From positions 54,126,001-54,190,000 of the forward strand of contig CM060732.1 of the NCBI GenBank assembly GCA_030704615.1: a DNA stretch of 64,000 nt, read 5' to 3'. The notes under the pieces are model-generated. The model made no database searches and was not told where the DNA came from. It saw only the letters and a list, made by a program, of their open reading frames with translations. This document shows, in pieces, positions 1 through 13,469 of this stretch. The translations under genes and the position numbers were made by a program. This stretch comes from Takakia lepidozioides. Its lineage: Eukaryota; Plantae; Bryophyta. Numbering within the stretch: the stretch's first letter is position 1; every line of letters starts with the position of its first letter.

Positions 1-1599
1 AGGAGAGATGTATTGTTTGACCATTATCTGTGACTTGGTAACCCTTTGAAGATGGCAAGCCCTCCAGGAAACTCTGCTCAGTAGCCATACTCTAGCACTC
101 AGCGGCCAACATCTGGTTAAAGGGAATGAGTACTGACATCTTGTATAGACATCATGCTGAAGACACAATCTTGAATCCAGCAGTGATCTCCTATCTTCCA
201 TAGATGTGATGCATGTACTGTGATTTGCACTGCCATCTGTAGTGTAAAAAAAGGTTTAAGTGAGACAAAGAGGAGAGGGGTCCAGGCAATCAAGCTTGTC
301 GGGAATGAAGTTGCTAATGAGTGGTGGGATGCAGGAAATTAAGGTGGTGGACTTCGTGGAGCCCGTAGGGTGGGTATACATCTCATTATGCCCCAATGAC
401 TCCAAGTAAGGTCACTAAACCCTTCCCTCATGCTGTAGCTTCTATGACCTTTTGAGTTGTACCCATTTACAGTAAGAGTATATAGGGATTCACCTGAGAA
501 ACAGACTGTTTCAATTGGAACTTGAATAAACCAGACAGATTGATTTCAGTAGAGTTGCATAGCCCTCAAGCTCCTCAGGGACCTTTTTGACGCACAAACA
601 TCGGCACTAACATTCCTTGGTGGTTTTGAGGTTGCAAATCACTCATTTTCCAGCTTCATTTTCTAGGAAGCGCCTGAGCGCCAAACTTTCCTTCCAGCAT
701 GGCTTGTCTTAAGTTCTTCCACACATATATCTCCTTTTGCCTGTTTGTGCTGACTATGTGTAGCCTTGTTGGCCTGCAGAGAGTTCTTGCGAGCATTCTT
801 CATGCAGTTGGCAGTGTTGTCAAACCATCAAAATGGAAGGGATACTCACATTCGGCAAATCAAGATTTATGGTCCGCGGCAGTAAGTTTTGCCTTTTTGG
901 ACTCCCAACCTTCTGTTTGGTGGTGGCAGTGGCAGCATTTGCCTGCACCCTTAATCCAGCCACCCATGTCCCCTCACTTTCCATCGATGTTTGCAATTTG
1001 CATGAGAAGAGAAGAAAAGAAATAGAGCACACCTGGAAACCAGTATTTGGTTGATGGCTTTTGAGTTGAGACTAGAAGGTTTGTTGACTCAAAGTCTGTA
1101 TGTGGGTGGTATGCATGCAGGAATGCGGTGATTGGGCATCCATTTCAGTTCACCACAGTAGAGTTTAGTATGCGATCAACCATCCGCTAACTAAGATGTC
1201 ATCTCTTTGCGGAGGTAAACGGGATGGGGGTTAGCCACCGCCCTTGTTCTCAGCTTGCCCATCAACACGAGTGCCAATTTTTTAGCAAGTATCTGACTCG
1301 AAGGTATAAGCAAATTGTACTATTGACCTGCACTATTTGCTTTTGTGAAACAATTTGATCGGTTTCTTTACGGATAGCAAGCATTCACCCCCTGACATAA
1401 TCAGGGACTACAAGTTGGTGGTCAGATGTGAGAGCAGGGGGTTTCCATAGCTAGCGTACCAAGGCTTATAATGATTGCCCACATGGAGAATCTGAATCTC
1501 CTTCAAATATCGTCTCACTTGCATGGCCTTCAAATGTGTCCCACGACACCAGTATTGCATTTTTCTCCTCGGAATTGAACTTTTGTGTGGTTCTCAATG

Positions 1600-4500
1600 A
1601 CTGTTGCCGCTTCTCGGCATTGTCTCATCAAATTATTTGACATCGTGTCTGTAAATGAGTCTCCTACTCTCAAGAGAGAGAAGTTTAAGTGTGGAGAACT
1701 TGGTTTTATGCACAATTCCCTGGATAGATTTGAAGAGAGCGTCTCTTTGGTGAGAGAACCCTGGACAGTGTATCAGAAAATGAATTCTGTCTTCAGATTG
1801 CCCACACAACGGGCAATTGCACTCTCCCTTTCCTCTCTGCTTCTGTTTGCTGTTCAAAGGTAGGCTTCCTGCCCTGAGTTTAAATTTCAGTCTAGTGCCG
1901 AGAGTGGGTAGACTCTTGAGGTCATCCAAGATGTCCTCCCCCATGTCACTGACTGGAAACAAGTTCAGGGAAGTTTTCTGCCTAACTTCATTTGCATCAG
2001 ACAATCTCATGGCAACAGACATGGCTTCGGACACTACAGCCTCTAAGTCAGATTTATCCAGCAGGGTCGAGACTTGCGGATCCAGGTCCAGGTCCTTGAG
2101 AATCTCTTCTACTCTCTTCTGCCAGGACTTAGCCTGTTTGACAGGGCAGTCCTGTTTCCAAGATATAGAGTCGATTAACTTAGGATATCTGGTGTTGGGC
2201 ATATGTTGCAGCTGACCCCACTTGGACCTTGAATTCATCTCGTCGGGAGCTTAAGGACGGAATGCCAAACTCGCCCCGAACAGCCACATTGGCTGTTTTG
2301 GAGCATGCTGACATACACTCCTTAAGCACCCCCACTTGAGTGGATTCTAGAGACTTAGCCTGGTTGGAGTTATCAACCCATATAGCAGATCCGTACTCCA
2401 AGGCAGGTCTAATAACGCGGTAAAGCATGGTTTTCTTAACCTCAGAGTTGACCCTTCTGCAGTGGAAAAATTTAGTGAGCCCCAGAGCTTTGCCCTTGCC
2501 AGTTTGAACAACTTTCCGGATATGTGCATCCCAATTACAATTGGAGGAAAACTCAACGCCCAGGTAAGTGTAGGAAGGGAGGACCGGGATCTCTTGGCTA
2601 CCCCACTGCCACTTAAGATCACTTCCTCCCTCTCCTCTGTCGTTGAATGCTACCACTGCACATTTGCTGACATTAGCCTCTAGCCCCCAAAGATCAAAGT
2701 ATCTCTTCGCGCAATCAAGGCCGTCTCTCCACACTGTGTCATAAGCCTTTTTGACATCCAGGAAAAAAACATAAGTGGGTTTCCCTTCTTTTTTCCTTCC
2801 CTGGATAATCTGGCTTAGAGTGAAGATATGATCCACACAGCCCCTGTTTCGCCGAAAGCCAGCTTGGCCTTCGTGGAAACAACCTCTAGACTCCAGATCA
2901 ACCTCGAGACGAGTACTTATAACTCTGCAGAATGTCTTGCCAACAGCATTGAGGAGCGTGATGCCACGGTAGTTCCCCGGTTCTTCTCTATCACCCTTCT
3001 TGTATAGATTGACAATGACCCCCTGTCGCCAGCGAAAGGGGATCATTTCAGTCTTCCAGATAAGGTTAAAGAGGAGAACTAGGGCCTCTATCATGGGATC
3101 GCCACCGTGCTTGATAAGCTCGTTGACAATACCATCAGGTCCACCAGCTTTATATCCATTTAAATGTTCAATTGCTTCCACAATCTCAAAAGAACTAATG
3201 GGAGCGTTATAAGCCATTGAAATATACTCCAGTTCATCAGGGCTGTTTTGAATCATAGGAACAGTTTTTCCAACTGTGTCCCTCCATTCAGCAGAAGACC
3301 CCTCACTGTTACACCTAGAAGTTCTGCCAAGGATACTGTAGTGATTTTCAAAGGTTTTCACAATGTCAACCGATGAAATCACCACTGCACCTTTAGTAGT
3401 CTTCAGCGCTTGTACTTGCTGACCGTTTTTAGGCTTGTACAAACGTTGAAGGGCCAACCAGAATTTCTTGTCATTACCACCATGGTGGTTTGAGTTTATT
3501 TCACTGTATAACTTGTCCCAGTATAATTTCTTCTGAGACCTAACAAGCTGATTGATATCCTTACGGAGCTGGTAGTACCTCGCCCACAATTCTCTGTTGG
3601 TTTTCAAATTGCAGCACTCTTTATAAAGGGCTCGTCTCTCAGCTATCTTGAGTTTGATCTCATTGGTCCACCAATTAACAGCTCTACCGCAGACAATTAG
3701 TTTCCTCCCAATGATCTTGTCAGCCACGAAGGAAACGAAACTCTCCCAAGAGTCCACTTCTCTTTCGACTTCATTTCTTGCGTTGTCAGAGCGAGACTGA
3801 AGTTCTTGGAACGATTGGACAAAATGAGGGAGAGCCTCTTGCAAGGCCTGGACGTACTCAGCCTTGACCTCCTCATTATGGAATTTTTCTATGCGCCACT
3901 TCTGAATCGAACGTTTCACAGATCTCTTGGTGTTGGGAAAACACCTTTTGATCTCAGTCCAAACCAGGAAGTGGTCAGAGGTACCAATATCAGTTCTGTC
4001 GATCAACACATTGGCACACTGGGGAAACAAATTTTTGTCCATTATGATATAGTCCACAATGGAACGTTCCCCAGTTTGGGATTTCTCACGAGTCCACTCC
4101 ACTTGGTCACCTCTTGTCCAGTTATTCAAGGTCAAAAGCTGAAGCTCTTCTAGACAGTTAATTAACCGTCTGCCATTAGAATTCAGCTCGTCCTCACCAA
4201 AAGGCCCAATGATATCGTCCTGATGGATCCCTTTGCCCACCCGGGCATTGAAGTCACCCAATAGCACTACCTGACCTTTGGCAAGGAACGAAGCATAGTC
4301 CAACTTTACATCTTCGAAGGCTTTGTCTGCGTCAGCACTAAGGGTCCCTCTGTGGGCATGTTAACACAACCCACAAAGAGGTCCTTCGTACTCATGCCGC
4401 CCTTCAGATTCAGTTTTAGCCAGATACTATGCTCGTACCTCAAACCCTTGTTGATAATTTCACAATTATCAAACAAGAAATCACGGAAAAAGAATCCAAC

Positions 4501-4740
4501 CCCTTTTTGACCGCGTTTGGCAGAGGCTGCCTTGAGAGTACACATCTTACCTGCCCATTTATAACCATTGACATCACCAACCGGTTTATCCGACGTTTCC
4601 CATGTTTCTTGCCCAGCACAGATATGAATATCATTAGTCCGAAGGACTTGTCCCACTTCAAGTTGTTTCCTTGGTTAGTAAGCCATGAGAAGTTGAAAGT
4701 GGCCAGCCGCAAGCCAGCCCTTTGCATGTGAATTGTTTGT
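1600..4740 (-). mobile_element. Non-LTR retrotransposon (LINE) with APE endonuclease, RT and C-terminal CCHC finger; frameshifted, RT core deleted
   Basis: ORFs 4440-4727, 4306-4656, 2180-4303 and 1633-2238 give APE motifs (LRLATFN, GQETW, LLGDFNARVG, SIVDYI, TSDHFLV), RT motifs (KAGGPDGI, PGNYRGITLLN, QAGFR, FFLDVKKAYDTV, YTYLGV) and CPLCGQSEDRIHFLIHC. Clade (RTEX/L2-like) not determinable by eye. Confidence 0.92.
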
Positions 4741-4819
4741 CGTCTAGGTAGCTTGTGATTGCTCCTGGACGGCCAACCCTAAACCCTAAACCGTCCGTTA
4801 AGAAAGAGAGATGGACATT

Positions 4820-6615
4820 AAGAAAGTTGACAAGTGGATACTTGATTCACAGATTAATTACACAGTAATTGATCCATTGGAGGTAAAGATTGTTAAGCAC
4901 GGCTTTATCGAGGCAAGTGGCTCTGGAGACATCAAAGCCATGATTAATTGAGCTGTGTGGGGCATATGCAAGACAAAAAATAATCAAGGATGGAGACAAG
5001 TGCACGAGGATTCCGGGAGCTAGTGGGAGCTTCCAAAGACACACATCTTGAAGCCAATGCATTCGAGACGAGACATTTCAATACCCTTATGCTATGGCAT
5101 GGGTCATTTGGGGATTCAAAATCTCAATAAGTTGGTAGAGATGTCTGAAGGTATCAAGATCAACAAGAGTGACCATGACCGATTATGCTAGGGATGCATA
5201 GAGGGGAAGATGCCAAAGAATGTATTCCTGGTGAAGGAAGAGACAGAAGCTACTGGGATGTTACATGTTACACTTAATCCCTAGGGGATGTGTATGGCTC
5301 AATGCCAAATTTGTCCAATGGGGGCAAGAAATGTTTTTTAACCTTCATTGATGAGAATTTAAACATGACAGTTAGTTATCTCATAGCTCAAGAGAATGAA
5401 AGTGGATTCACGACTTGTCATAATATAAAGATTAAAGCAATGAGATGTGATGGTGGAGGGAAATGTGCATCAATTTCTTTTTTTGCAAAGAGGAGTTCAA
5501 ACCAGTGTTGCGCGGATATTTGATTCAGCCTCAGACCCCCATATATCTGTGGATCTGCCGGAGGTCAAAAAATCAAATATCCGCCTCCGATAAGAACGGC
5601 CGGATCTGAAAAGAACTTAATGGACGCGTGTGATCTGATGGTACTTTCGCCAGATTCCGGCAGCCTGGGCTCCTCCGGCAGGGCGCCTGTCAAATCCTCC
5701 CCACCCCCTCTTACCTCGGTTTCACTATTAAATACTTCAAAATCCGAGTGGGTTGCAAGTTGTGGTTGGTATCGTGATGGTAAGGTGATAGCATTGAAGG
5801 CGTCGAGGGTCAGGATTCAATTCTTGATGGGAGGCTCCTGTAGTGTAACCCCAGTCGATGTAACCCTCCATTGGTGTAACCCTCTGTAACTGCGGTTTCT
5901 CGTGTAACTCTAGATAGTCCCATTTTATACTTAGCCAAATTTGGACTTAGTCAAATTTCGAGACCAAGTGCGATTTACACCGAGCGGAATGGAGTTACAC
6001 TCCATTCTGTGTAACCCCGAGCGGAATTACACATCTCGTAGTGTAACCCAGACTGAAATTACACACCTGGTTGTGTAACCCCGACTGGATTTGACACTCC
6101 ATGTCACTCTGTATTTTAATACAGATTTGTTTGATAACCGGGTACTGAACCGCCAGAGGCCATCCTGACATAATCTCCATTTGTCCATAACAGTATAAGG
6201 TTAAATTTTATATTTGTTGCCAACCGGCAGGATATCAGAAATGGAAAAGTTCCAAAACCCCGGAACCGAAGGATGTGAACACAAAGTTAAAGTTAAACAT
6301 CCGTAGCTGGCTGATATTAAAAAAAACAAATAACCGCACAATGGTTCAAACCGCAATTGCATATACGCCACAACAAAACGAGATTATAAAGAGAATAAAT
6401 AGGACAACGGTGGAGTGTCCGTCTGCCGGATAGATATGTCTTTGGGATTATGGGGGGGGGAGGCTAACTACAATTCTCAATAGATCACCAACATGGGTAA
6501 TACCCACATAAACCTCCATATGAGGTATGGACATATGGACAGAGAAAAACTGAGAGTTTTTGGTTGCATTGCATATGCATACGTTTTCGATGAGAGAAGA
6601 AAGAAACAAAGAGCA
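4820..6615 (+). mobile_element. Degenerate Ty1/copia pol fragment (GAG-pre-integrase and integrase core), split by a hAT insertion
   Basis: Fragments WILDS, CIEGKM, DVYGSMPNLSNGGKKCFLTFIDE, KIKAMRCDGGG, then after the insertion AYTPQQN...NRT and LRVFGCIAYAYV; many stops and frameshifts. Confidence 0.8.
5503..6343. mobile_element. Non-autonomous hAT-like DNA transposon
   Basis: Exact 8-bp TSD GTTCAAAC (5495-5502 and 6344-6351); imperfect TIRs CAGTGTTGCGCGGATATTTG / CAAATAACCGCACAATG; internal TGTAACCC/TTACAC sub-repeats; interrupts the Copia integrase. Confidence 0.8.
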
Positions 6616-7605
6616 TCTGGAGCAGTGGCCTCCAAATGTGCCCCACTCTTGAGGCTTGTGGCGGCACACTTGGTGGGTCCCCCAACACACACACAGGCCG
6701 ACCAAAATTTTGGCCCACCTTTTTCAGATAATCTTGCACAACTGCTCCTCGACGATGTGTTCGACGATGCTTGTGCTGCACATATACGCTCTCTGTCAAA
6801 GACGCCATGGTAGCTAAGTTAGAACTTGGTCTCCCACGCTCAATCAATGTCATACAGGGGAAAATGCCAAGCACTATAATCTGCTCCAAAATATCGAGGG
6901 GTTTTGGCGGGGCCTGCAAAATATCTATTATGTAGCCCACCATGGGGATTATTAGGTCGGGGCACTGACTTCCCCGCTACCAGTAGTTTACCGTTGCCGA
7001 GCTACTAACAGTGGCCGATAGAGGTGCTCTAAAAGGGCATGATCAGCAGTGGCTCACTAAACTGCCACTCTATCACTGTTGTAGTGCCGCATATGGTGAG
7101 GCAAGCAAGCTGCCAGGAGCCCCAGCAGCAACCCATATTAGTAGAATAATGGGGCGAGGCTAATATGCAGATCACTGATGTCACCCGCCCTGCCACCGGT
7201 CAGTACATGTGAGGCTAATCACCAGATGTGTTGTCCGTGCAATATGTACATGCTGTGAAAAAATCGTCATATTGTAGAGTAGCTCAGCAAACATGTCGCC
7301 AGGTAGGATCCAGGTGGACATTCTAATAGTCGCCACCTCTGCCACTTATCCCCAACATTAGCCACCTCCATGCCTATGCAGAAATGGAAAGAGAATGGTG
7401 GCTCTAAGTCCAAAGGCAAACTAATGCATTTTTCTAGATATAGAGCAAGCTATAAACGGCAAAAGGCTATGTGGACCAAGGCAAAAAGTGGGATGTGATT
7501 AATGCTATTAATAATTTATATTATTTATATTATTTTACTATACTCAAATTGTAATGATTCATTTTCTATTTTGACTTCAACATGTTACAAAGTCTCTGCC
7601 CTTAA

Positions 7606-8425
7606 CCTTAAGTTCCCAATCGGCCTGAATCGGTCACTTTGAATTTGAGGTTCTACCTAATTTTTGCAAATCTAATTTGTGGGGCCCACTCCTGAAGCTT
7701 TAATGACAAGGGATTTGTCTAGAGTATGATGCAAAAAACAAAACTAAAAAAAAACAAAAGCTGCGACCTACAAAGAATATCTTAGATCTCATTTTTACGT
7801 TTTGGGCCAGAAAAGGGCTTGTTGACTGCTGACGTGGCAGTAAAACAAGCCCAAAACACATTGCACTCCAAAGGCCATTTTTGACAGAAAATTAGCAATT
7901 TTGGACAAAACACTTCACCATCTGGTGTGTGAGCATTATATACACACATCCACCATTGGCTTTCAAAAAATTTGTAGAAAAAAAAGTACTTCATTTGGAG
8001 GCACATTTTCTCTTGTCAATTTTGAGATTTCAACCAACATGTAATTGCATGCATAACAAGCATAGGTGAAAAAATCAGTTGGACCTGCAATTTAGTGGGG
8101 TCATAGCCACTCCACTATTGATTTGGAAATGGTGGGTCTTGGGGCAAGCAAAATTGGATAAAGCTAGGTTTTGATTTGGTCAAACCAATTTCTTTCTCAC
8201 TTTTTCTTTGGGACCTGATATTTGAGGTCCGGGCCAACGCTATAATCTCACAATTTCCATGGTGGACTTGGCTCATTTTTTGGTATGTCATGCATAAATG
8301 AGCTGGGCCCACTACTATAAGGCTGGAATCTTTGGATGATTTTTGGTAGGTTTCTTGGGGCAATTTACCGCAGCTGGGTACCCAAAATTGGTAAAAAGTC
8401 AAAAAAGGGCTTGGGAACTTAAGGG
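7606..8425. mobile_element. piggyBac-like non-autonomous element (MITE), copy 1
   Basis: TTAA on both sides (7602-7605, 8426-8429); TIR (C)CCTTAAGTTCCCAA...TTGGGAACTTAAGGG; closely similar inverted copy at 35190-36010. Confidence 0.8.
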
Positions 8426-9569
8426 TTAAGGACAAAGTCAACAAATGTCTTTGGTTTTACCATTGGATTATGGCATTCCTCGGGTCTCTTCACTATTTCA
8501 TTTGGGGAGGTCATTAGACGTCGCTAAACAGTGTGAACGGACCTAAGCCTTATAATTCCAAAAAGCAACCTCCAAGGTGTCGATATGGAGGCGTAGCTTT
8601 TCCACAACCTAACATCGAGCCCAAGAGGTTGTTTCACAGTCACCAACCAAACCTTCTAAAAAGCTACAGATTACTTATTTTAAGAGATAATAAAAATGAT
8701 GAAATTAGATTAAAAAAATGTTCGATGTCATTTCTAGAGAAATCATGAAGTTTTATTGTAAATAAATAATTAAAATAATTAAAATTGTGAGTTTGCAATA
8801 GACTCGTGATAGCTCCTAATTAGATTGGACCTTATATGAACATGTAGCACTATTTGAGTGAACTCAAGGATTGACATGGGACGATATCATGCGATATTTA
8901 AACTCAAGACCTCAACAGAGAGATGACTCCAACCAAAGTCGATAGCACTGAAAGCCACTTCATCTAGCAGATATTGCCATGAGCGTTGGCAGCAAGATAT
9001 TGACAATATGACAAGGAAAGGATGAACAATATCAATAATGGACTGTAGGACATGTTAGTGAACATCCGTGGAGTAGGAATAATGTTCCCCAGAGGTCCAT
9101 GGACTCTCAAAAAAAGTGAGACATGCTAAGCATGGATCAAGATGGACTTAGTGAATATGGAGGAAGCATGAGAGAACACCATGCACAAAGAAAGGTGCAT
9201 TTCAAGAAAAATAAAATAAAATAAGGGTACTTCATGAAGAACGTAGTGACTATGGAGGAAGAATGAGACAATGATATAGAAGATGATGATGCATTCTAGG
9301 AAACAAAATGGAGTTAAGGTATCTTTAAGGATCTACAAGGAATGCATTGAATAAGTGTGACATTATAAAATGGAACAGAAGATATATGGTGGACTGGTAT
9401 GTGATTACATGGAAGAGACAAGTCCAATGGATAAATATGGTGGAGTGTCATGTAGTAAGAGGCCACAACAGTCGTACCCCACCATTTCTAGGAGGAATAT
9501 ATGTCTATTATAGACGCTTAGTGAAGACTTTGGATGGACATCTATGCAAGCAAGAGAAAAATGCATAAG

Positions 9570-10900
9570 CAAGTATTTTGTCATCCCTTTCATTGGTTGG
9601 CCATGGCCGTCAAAATTATTGGGAGGATCAGCTTGCCAATCTTCTGCAGCCTTCAACGCATCAGAGGTTGTTTGTTGATGGTTCTGATACCGACACTCCT
9701 CCGCTAGTCGTCATGCATCTCCTGCCCACAATATCTCTGCAGCCAATAAGTTGTTGACGACAAAGAGTGCGATAATGCACACTAGGAATGGTATGCATGA
9801 GTGCACGATATCACCAAACAATCCCATGATGGCTTAAAACCCTTACCACAGAAAGCACATGGTGAAATAGTTAAAAAATTTATAGAGTTGAACTCGGGAG
9901 ATTCAACAGGAAGGTTGGACATTTGGGAAGGTTTGAATGATGGCATATCATAGCGATGTTCCATAGCATGAAGCTGTTGAGCGGTGGCTGCTTTATGCCT
10001 CTAATAAACTTTGTACCGATCTGAGGCTACACACCATGCCTCTTCATTTCTCCAAGATCAATTTATGCTCTGATTCCCTTTCCTCCATCAGCTCTTTCAA
10101 GTGGTCCACAATACCCTTGTGAGAATTAAGCTTGCGTTGCAAGCTTTCCAACAACTCACGACACAAGTTCACCTCTTCTATATGCGACTCATTACATTGG
10201 TAGACAAATACATGTTCATTTTTAGGGTCTCGGCCTTATGTCCTTAAACAACTTGTCCAGCTTGACATTTGCAACTTAAAATCAACTCTTGCATTTGAGA
10301 GTTCATTCAGAACACATCTTGTTCAGCTTCTCTTTTTCCAACTTGAATCTATCAAGAGACTCCCTCTGACAACTTTAACTCAGTATCCAAAGACAAAAGT
10401 AGATCATGCGATAGTTCAGTATCATCGATAGGAGCTCTCACAAACTTCCTCATTTTTACAGGCACATCTGATTGCAAACCTGACCTTGTCAATTTTTCCT
10501 TTGTTACAACAAAGACTGACAGAAACTCACGTTGCTCTTCTATCTATCCTCATCGGATTCACCCATAGACAGACCTCTCTTAATGTCTCCAACTCCCACA
10601 ACGTCCAAAGTTTTGGATTCTTCGAAACGCCTCCTTGTTCGTGAACTCTACAAAAACAACCCAATTATTCTTTCTTTTCTTTCTCTCACATACAATCCCT
10701 CGAGCAATGGCTTCGATCACAAGATGGGAAGTAGGAACGATATTCTTTTGGTGTGCTATCATCCAGATTTCTTTTGCCCTGGTTATGAGCTCAATGTTTG
10801 CTGGATTGTGTAAGTAACTATAGCCATTCTTGTTCAATAAAGGCCAACTTCATCCTCAGCGCAATCTTTATCTATTTTTAAACCTTTGTGAGGTACACCT
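9570..10900 (-). pseudogene. Decayed ORF fragments with a RING-like Cys/His motif; probably transposon-derived
   Basis: ORF 9782-9964 CAFCGKGFKPSWDCLVISCTHAYHS continues past a stop into further Cys residues; upstream fragments 10580-10837 are on the same strand. No family recognised. Confidence 0.35.
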
Positions 10901-13469
10901 TCATTGCGAAGATTGTATTTCTTTGCAACATGTTGACAAATTAACAAAAGTCATGCCATAAAAAATGAGCTCAGGTGGTGTTTCGTGCAGATGTGGAGCA
11001 TAAATGGACTGCGCCTTAATCCTGACCTCTGCCTTTACTTGTTCCCTCACTGTTTTCTGATCACCAGAAAGACCACTCAAAGTGGAGCAAGTTGTAGACA
11101 TATTCAAAAGCTTGCCCTTGCAATCTTCACCTAAAATACATCGTGACACATTACACCATGACGTGGCAATGTCGTGCAACTTGCATTGTACCCTAGTAAG
11201 CAATTGCGTCAGCGCCTTACTTAAAAAAACACTAACTGATATCCTTGCTATCATCATGTCTTCAGATAGAGCACATACACTCGGTACACTCATAAGTGGG
11301 CAAAATCAGGTGCACGAACATGACGCATAAGAGGTGGGAGAACGCAAGGAGGGGAAGCCGGTGGCTCCGATCATTTGGGCCATTTGTTTTGACACGATTG
11401 GCTAAAACTGACAGTCGGTGGTTCCCAACCAATGACCCCGCGATCTGCCATCGTTGATTTTCAATTTCATTTGTTTGCGGTCAATATTGGCGCCGTGACA
11501 CATTTGAGTGGGCCCATTTTTTCAAACTTGGATGAATTTCCATGGAGACAACATCTGCAGTTTTTGGTCCACCTTAGCGTGCACTTACCCGCATCCCAAA
11601 GGAAGCATAAATTATGGTGTCTCTTCATCTCAAGGGACTATTGCTATCCGTTGGAAAATGGATACCTTAACAAAGTTCATAAGTTATGGTCTCACTTCAC
11701 TCCAAATGTCTACTACCTATAGAACCCACCTCGGAAAAAGGCCATAACCATGAAATGACTCTTAGTCATGCTGGCCGGAGTCTTTGCTCTGGCTTTTATT
11801 TTCCTTTTGGAAGGTGAATACCAGCTTCTAACGGGCCATAACGAGATTAAGGCAACGTGGGTGCCCAAACCTCCTCCAATGACTTAGGTACTTCATGTAG
11901 ATTAGGTGGTTGCAGATTGATCCATGATGTTTTTTCTTGTGTTTTACTTGGGTGATCCAAATGGATAACATATTCCAATATAGAGAGAAGAGAACTGAGC
12001 AGACTCCGACTATGGCCGACGAAATAAAGAGTCACTTTGGCTTGTTGTTATTGATCTTTTCCAACATACATTTATATTGTTTTTTTTGTTTTTTTTTCGT
12101 GATAGGGCCCAGACCCGAAAGGGGGCAATAGCCGTGAGGCGAAGGGGCTCTTAGTTACATTGGTCTCGGTCGGAGTTGCCACAATCGTTTTTGTTAAAGC
12201 GGCTTTGTGTCATAACCAGTTGGTCATCTCGCGTTGTCCAAATGTTTCACGATTGTAGTCTAGCTGACGAATTGAATATATATTGGGTACATTAATGTAC
12301 TGGGCAATTACATTTGCGAAAATGTTGATCAATGGATAAGGGAGTAGCTCGCTAGCGGATAGGTATAATGGCATAGGTGGGCCTTAAGAGAAGCATGTGG
12401 ACCATTTACAGATAAGAGTTAGAAGATTCTGGCCATGACTGGTGTAACTATCGCCTTGCAGCTAATGCCCCTTTCGGGGTGGGCCATATAAAACCATTTA
12501 TAGACATCTCAAAATGTTATATGTTCTACATATGTTATCACTCCATGTTATGATCACCATGCAATAAATGGATTTGTCTCCTTGACAATGGACACGAGTA
12601 AAATTTCGATCGTATGTGCAATAACAATACCCACTTTCATATTTTGCCTCATTCTTATTATGTCGTAGTTCTTGCCACCAAAGATAAACAATTGTTACTA
12701 TGTCGACCGTTAGCACTAACCAAGGTCATTGCACTTGAGGGTCCACATCACTATGGTTGCAAATACATATGACACAAGTTGCACAAGAGGGCACGACCTT
12801 GTGGATTGGTGCCTTCCAAGGCTTACACTTGCTAGAGATCTACGCCCACTAATGTTGCAACTCTTTTCTTGTCAAGACTCTCTACTACTAAAGCAAAGAG
12901 TTGTGGCTTCATCCTTCTTCCTCCTCTGAGGAGGCTCTATCCCTAGTCTGAATCCCCACTCCCCGCCGTCAAGGTGAAAGGCCGCATGACCCCCTTCTCC
13001 TAAAGAAAGAATTGATGTCGTTGCAAAGTTGCTTCATTGCACCAAGGATGTTTCTAAGGTGTACATCCTACAACATCGTTGCACTTTGGTACAGCGTCAA
13101 CTTCGTGCCCCCTAAAGCGAAGGGCCACATAAAAAGTAGTCCATTAAGTATCTAGTGTCAAATGATTTCAATATATATGCTCACTTTCATGTGTCTTACT
13201 ATTTGGCACATTCAACATGCAAAAGTGCATTTTCAATAATCTATAAAAGCTACATCAGGGCCTCGCCCCCTGTTCGGTAAAAAAATAAAAAAAATAAAAA
13301 AAATAGAACTATTGTACACAATAAATAAAATTGCTTTATTTTAGAGCTCATATGTTATAATGTTGTTTACTCTTGCAATATTCTGTTAGATTGGATATAG
13401 TGACATCGTTATTGCACAATTTCCATGAAAACTATAAAGTCGAATGTAATTATGATCTAAAATAGATTG

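Noticed and set aside
1-1530. Short ORFs at the window start
   Set aside because: No recognisable motifs or consistent exon structure.
5762-5830. tRNA/SINE-like segment
   Set aside because: Only vague A/B-box resemblance and no convincing cloverleaf.
6611-7032. PIF/Harbinger-like MITE (GAGCATCT...AGGTGCTC)
   Set aside because: The TIR match is only ~8 bp and imperfect, and the flanking triplets differ (AAA vs TAA).
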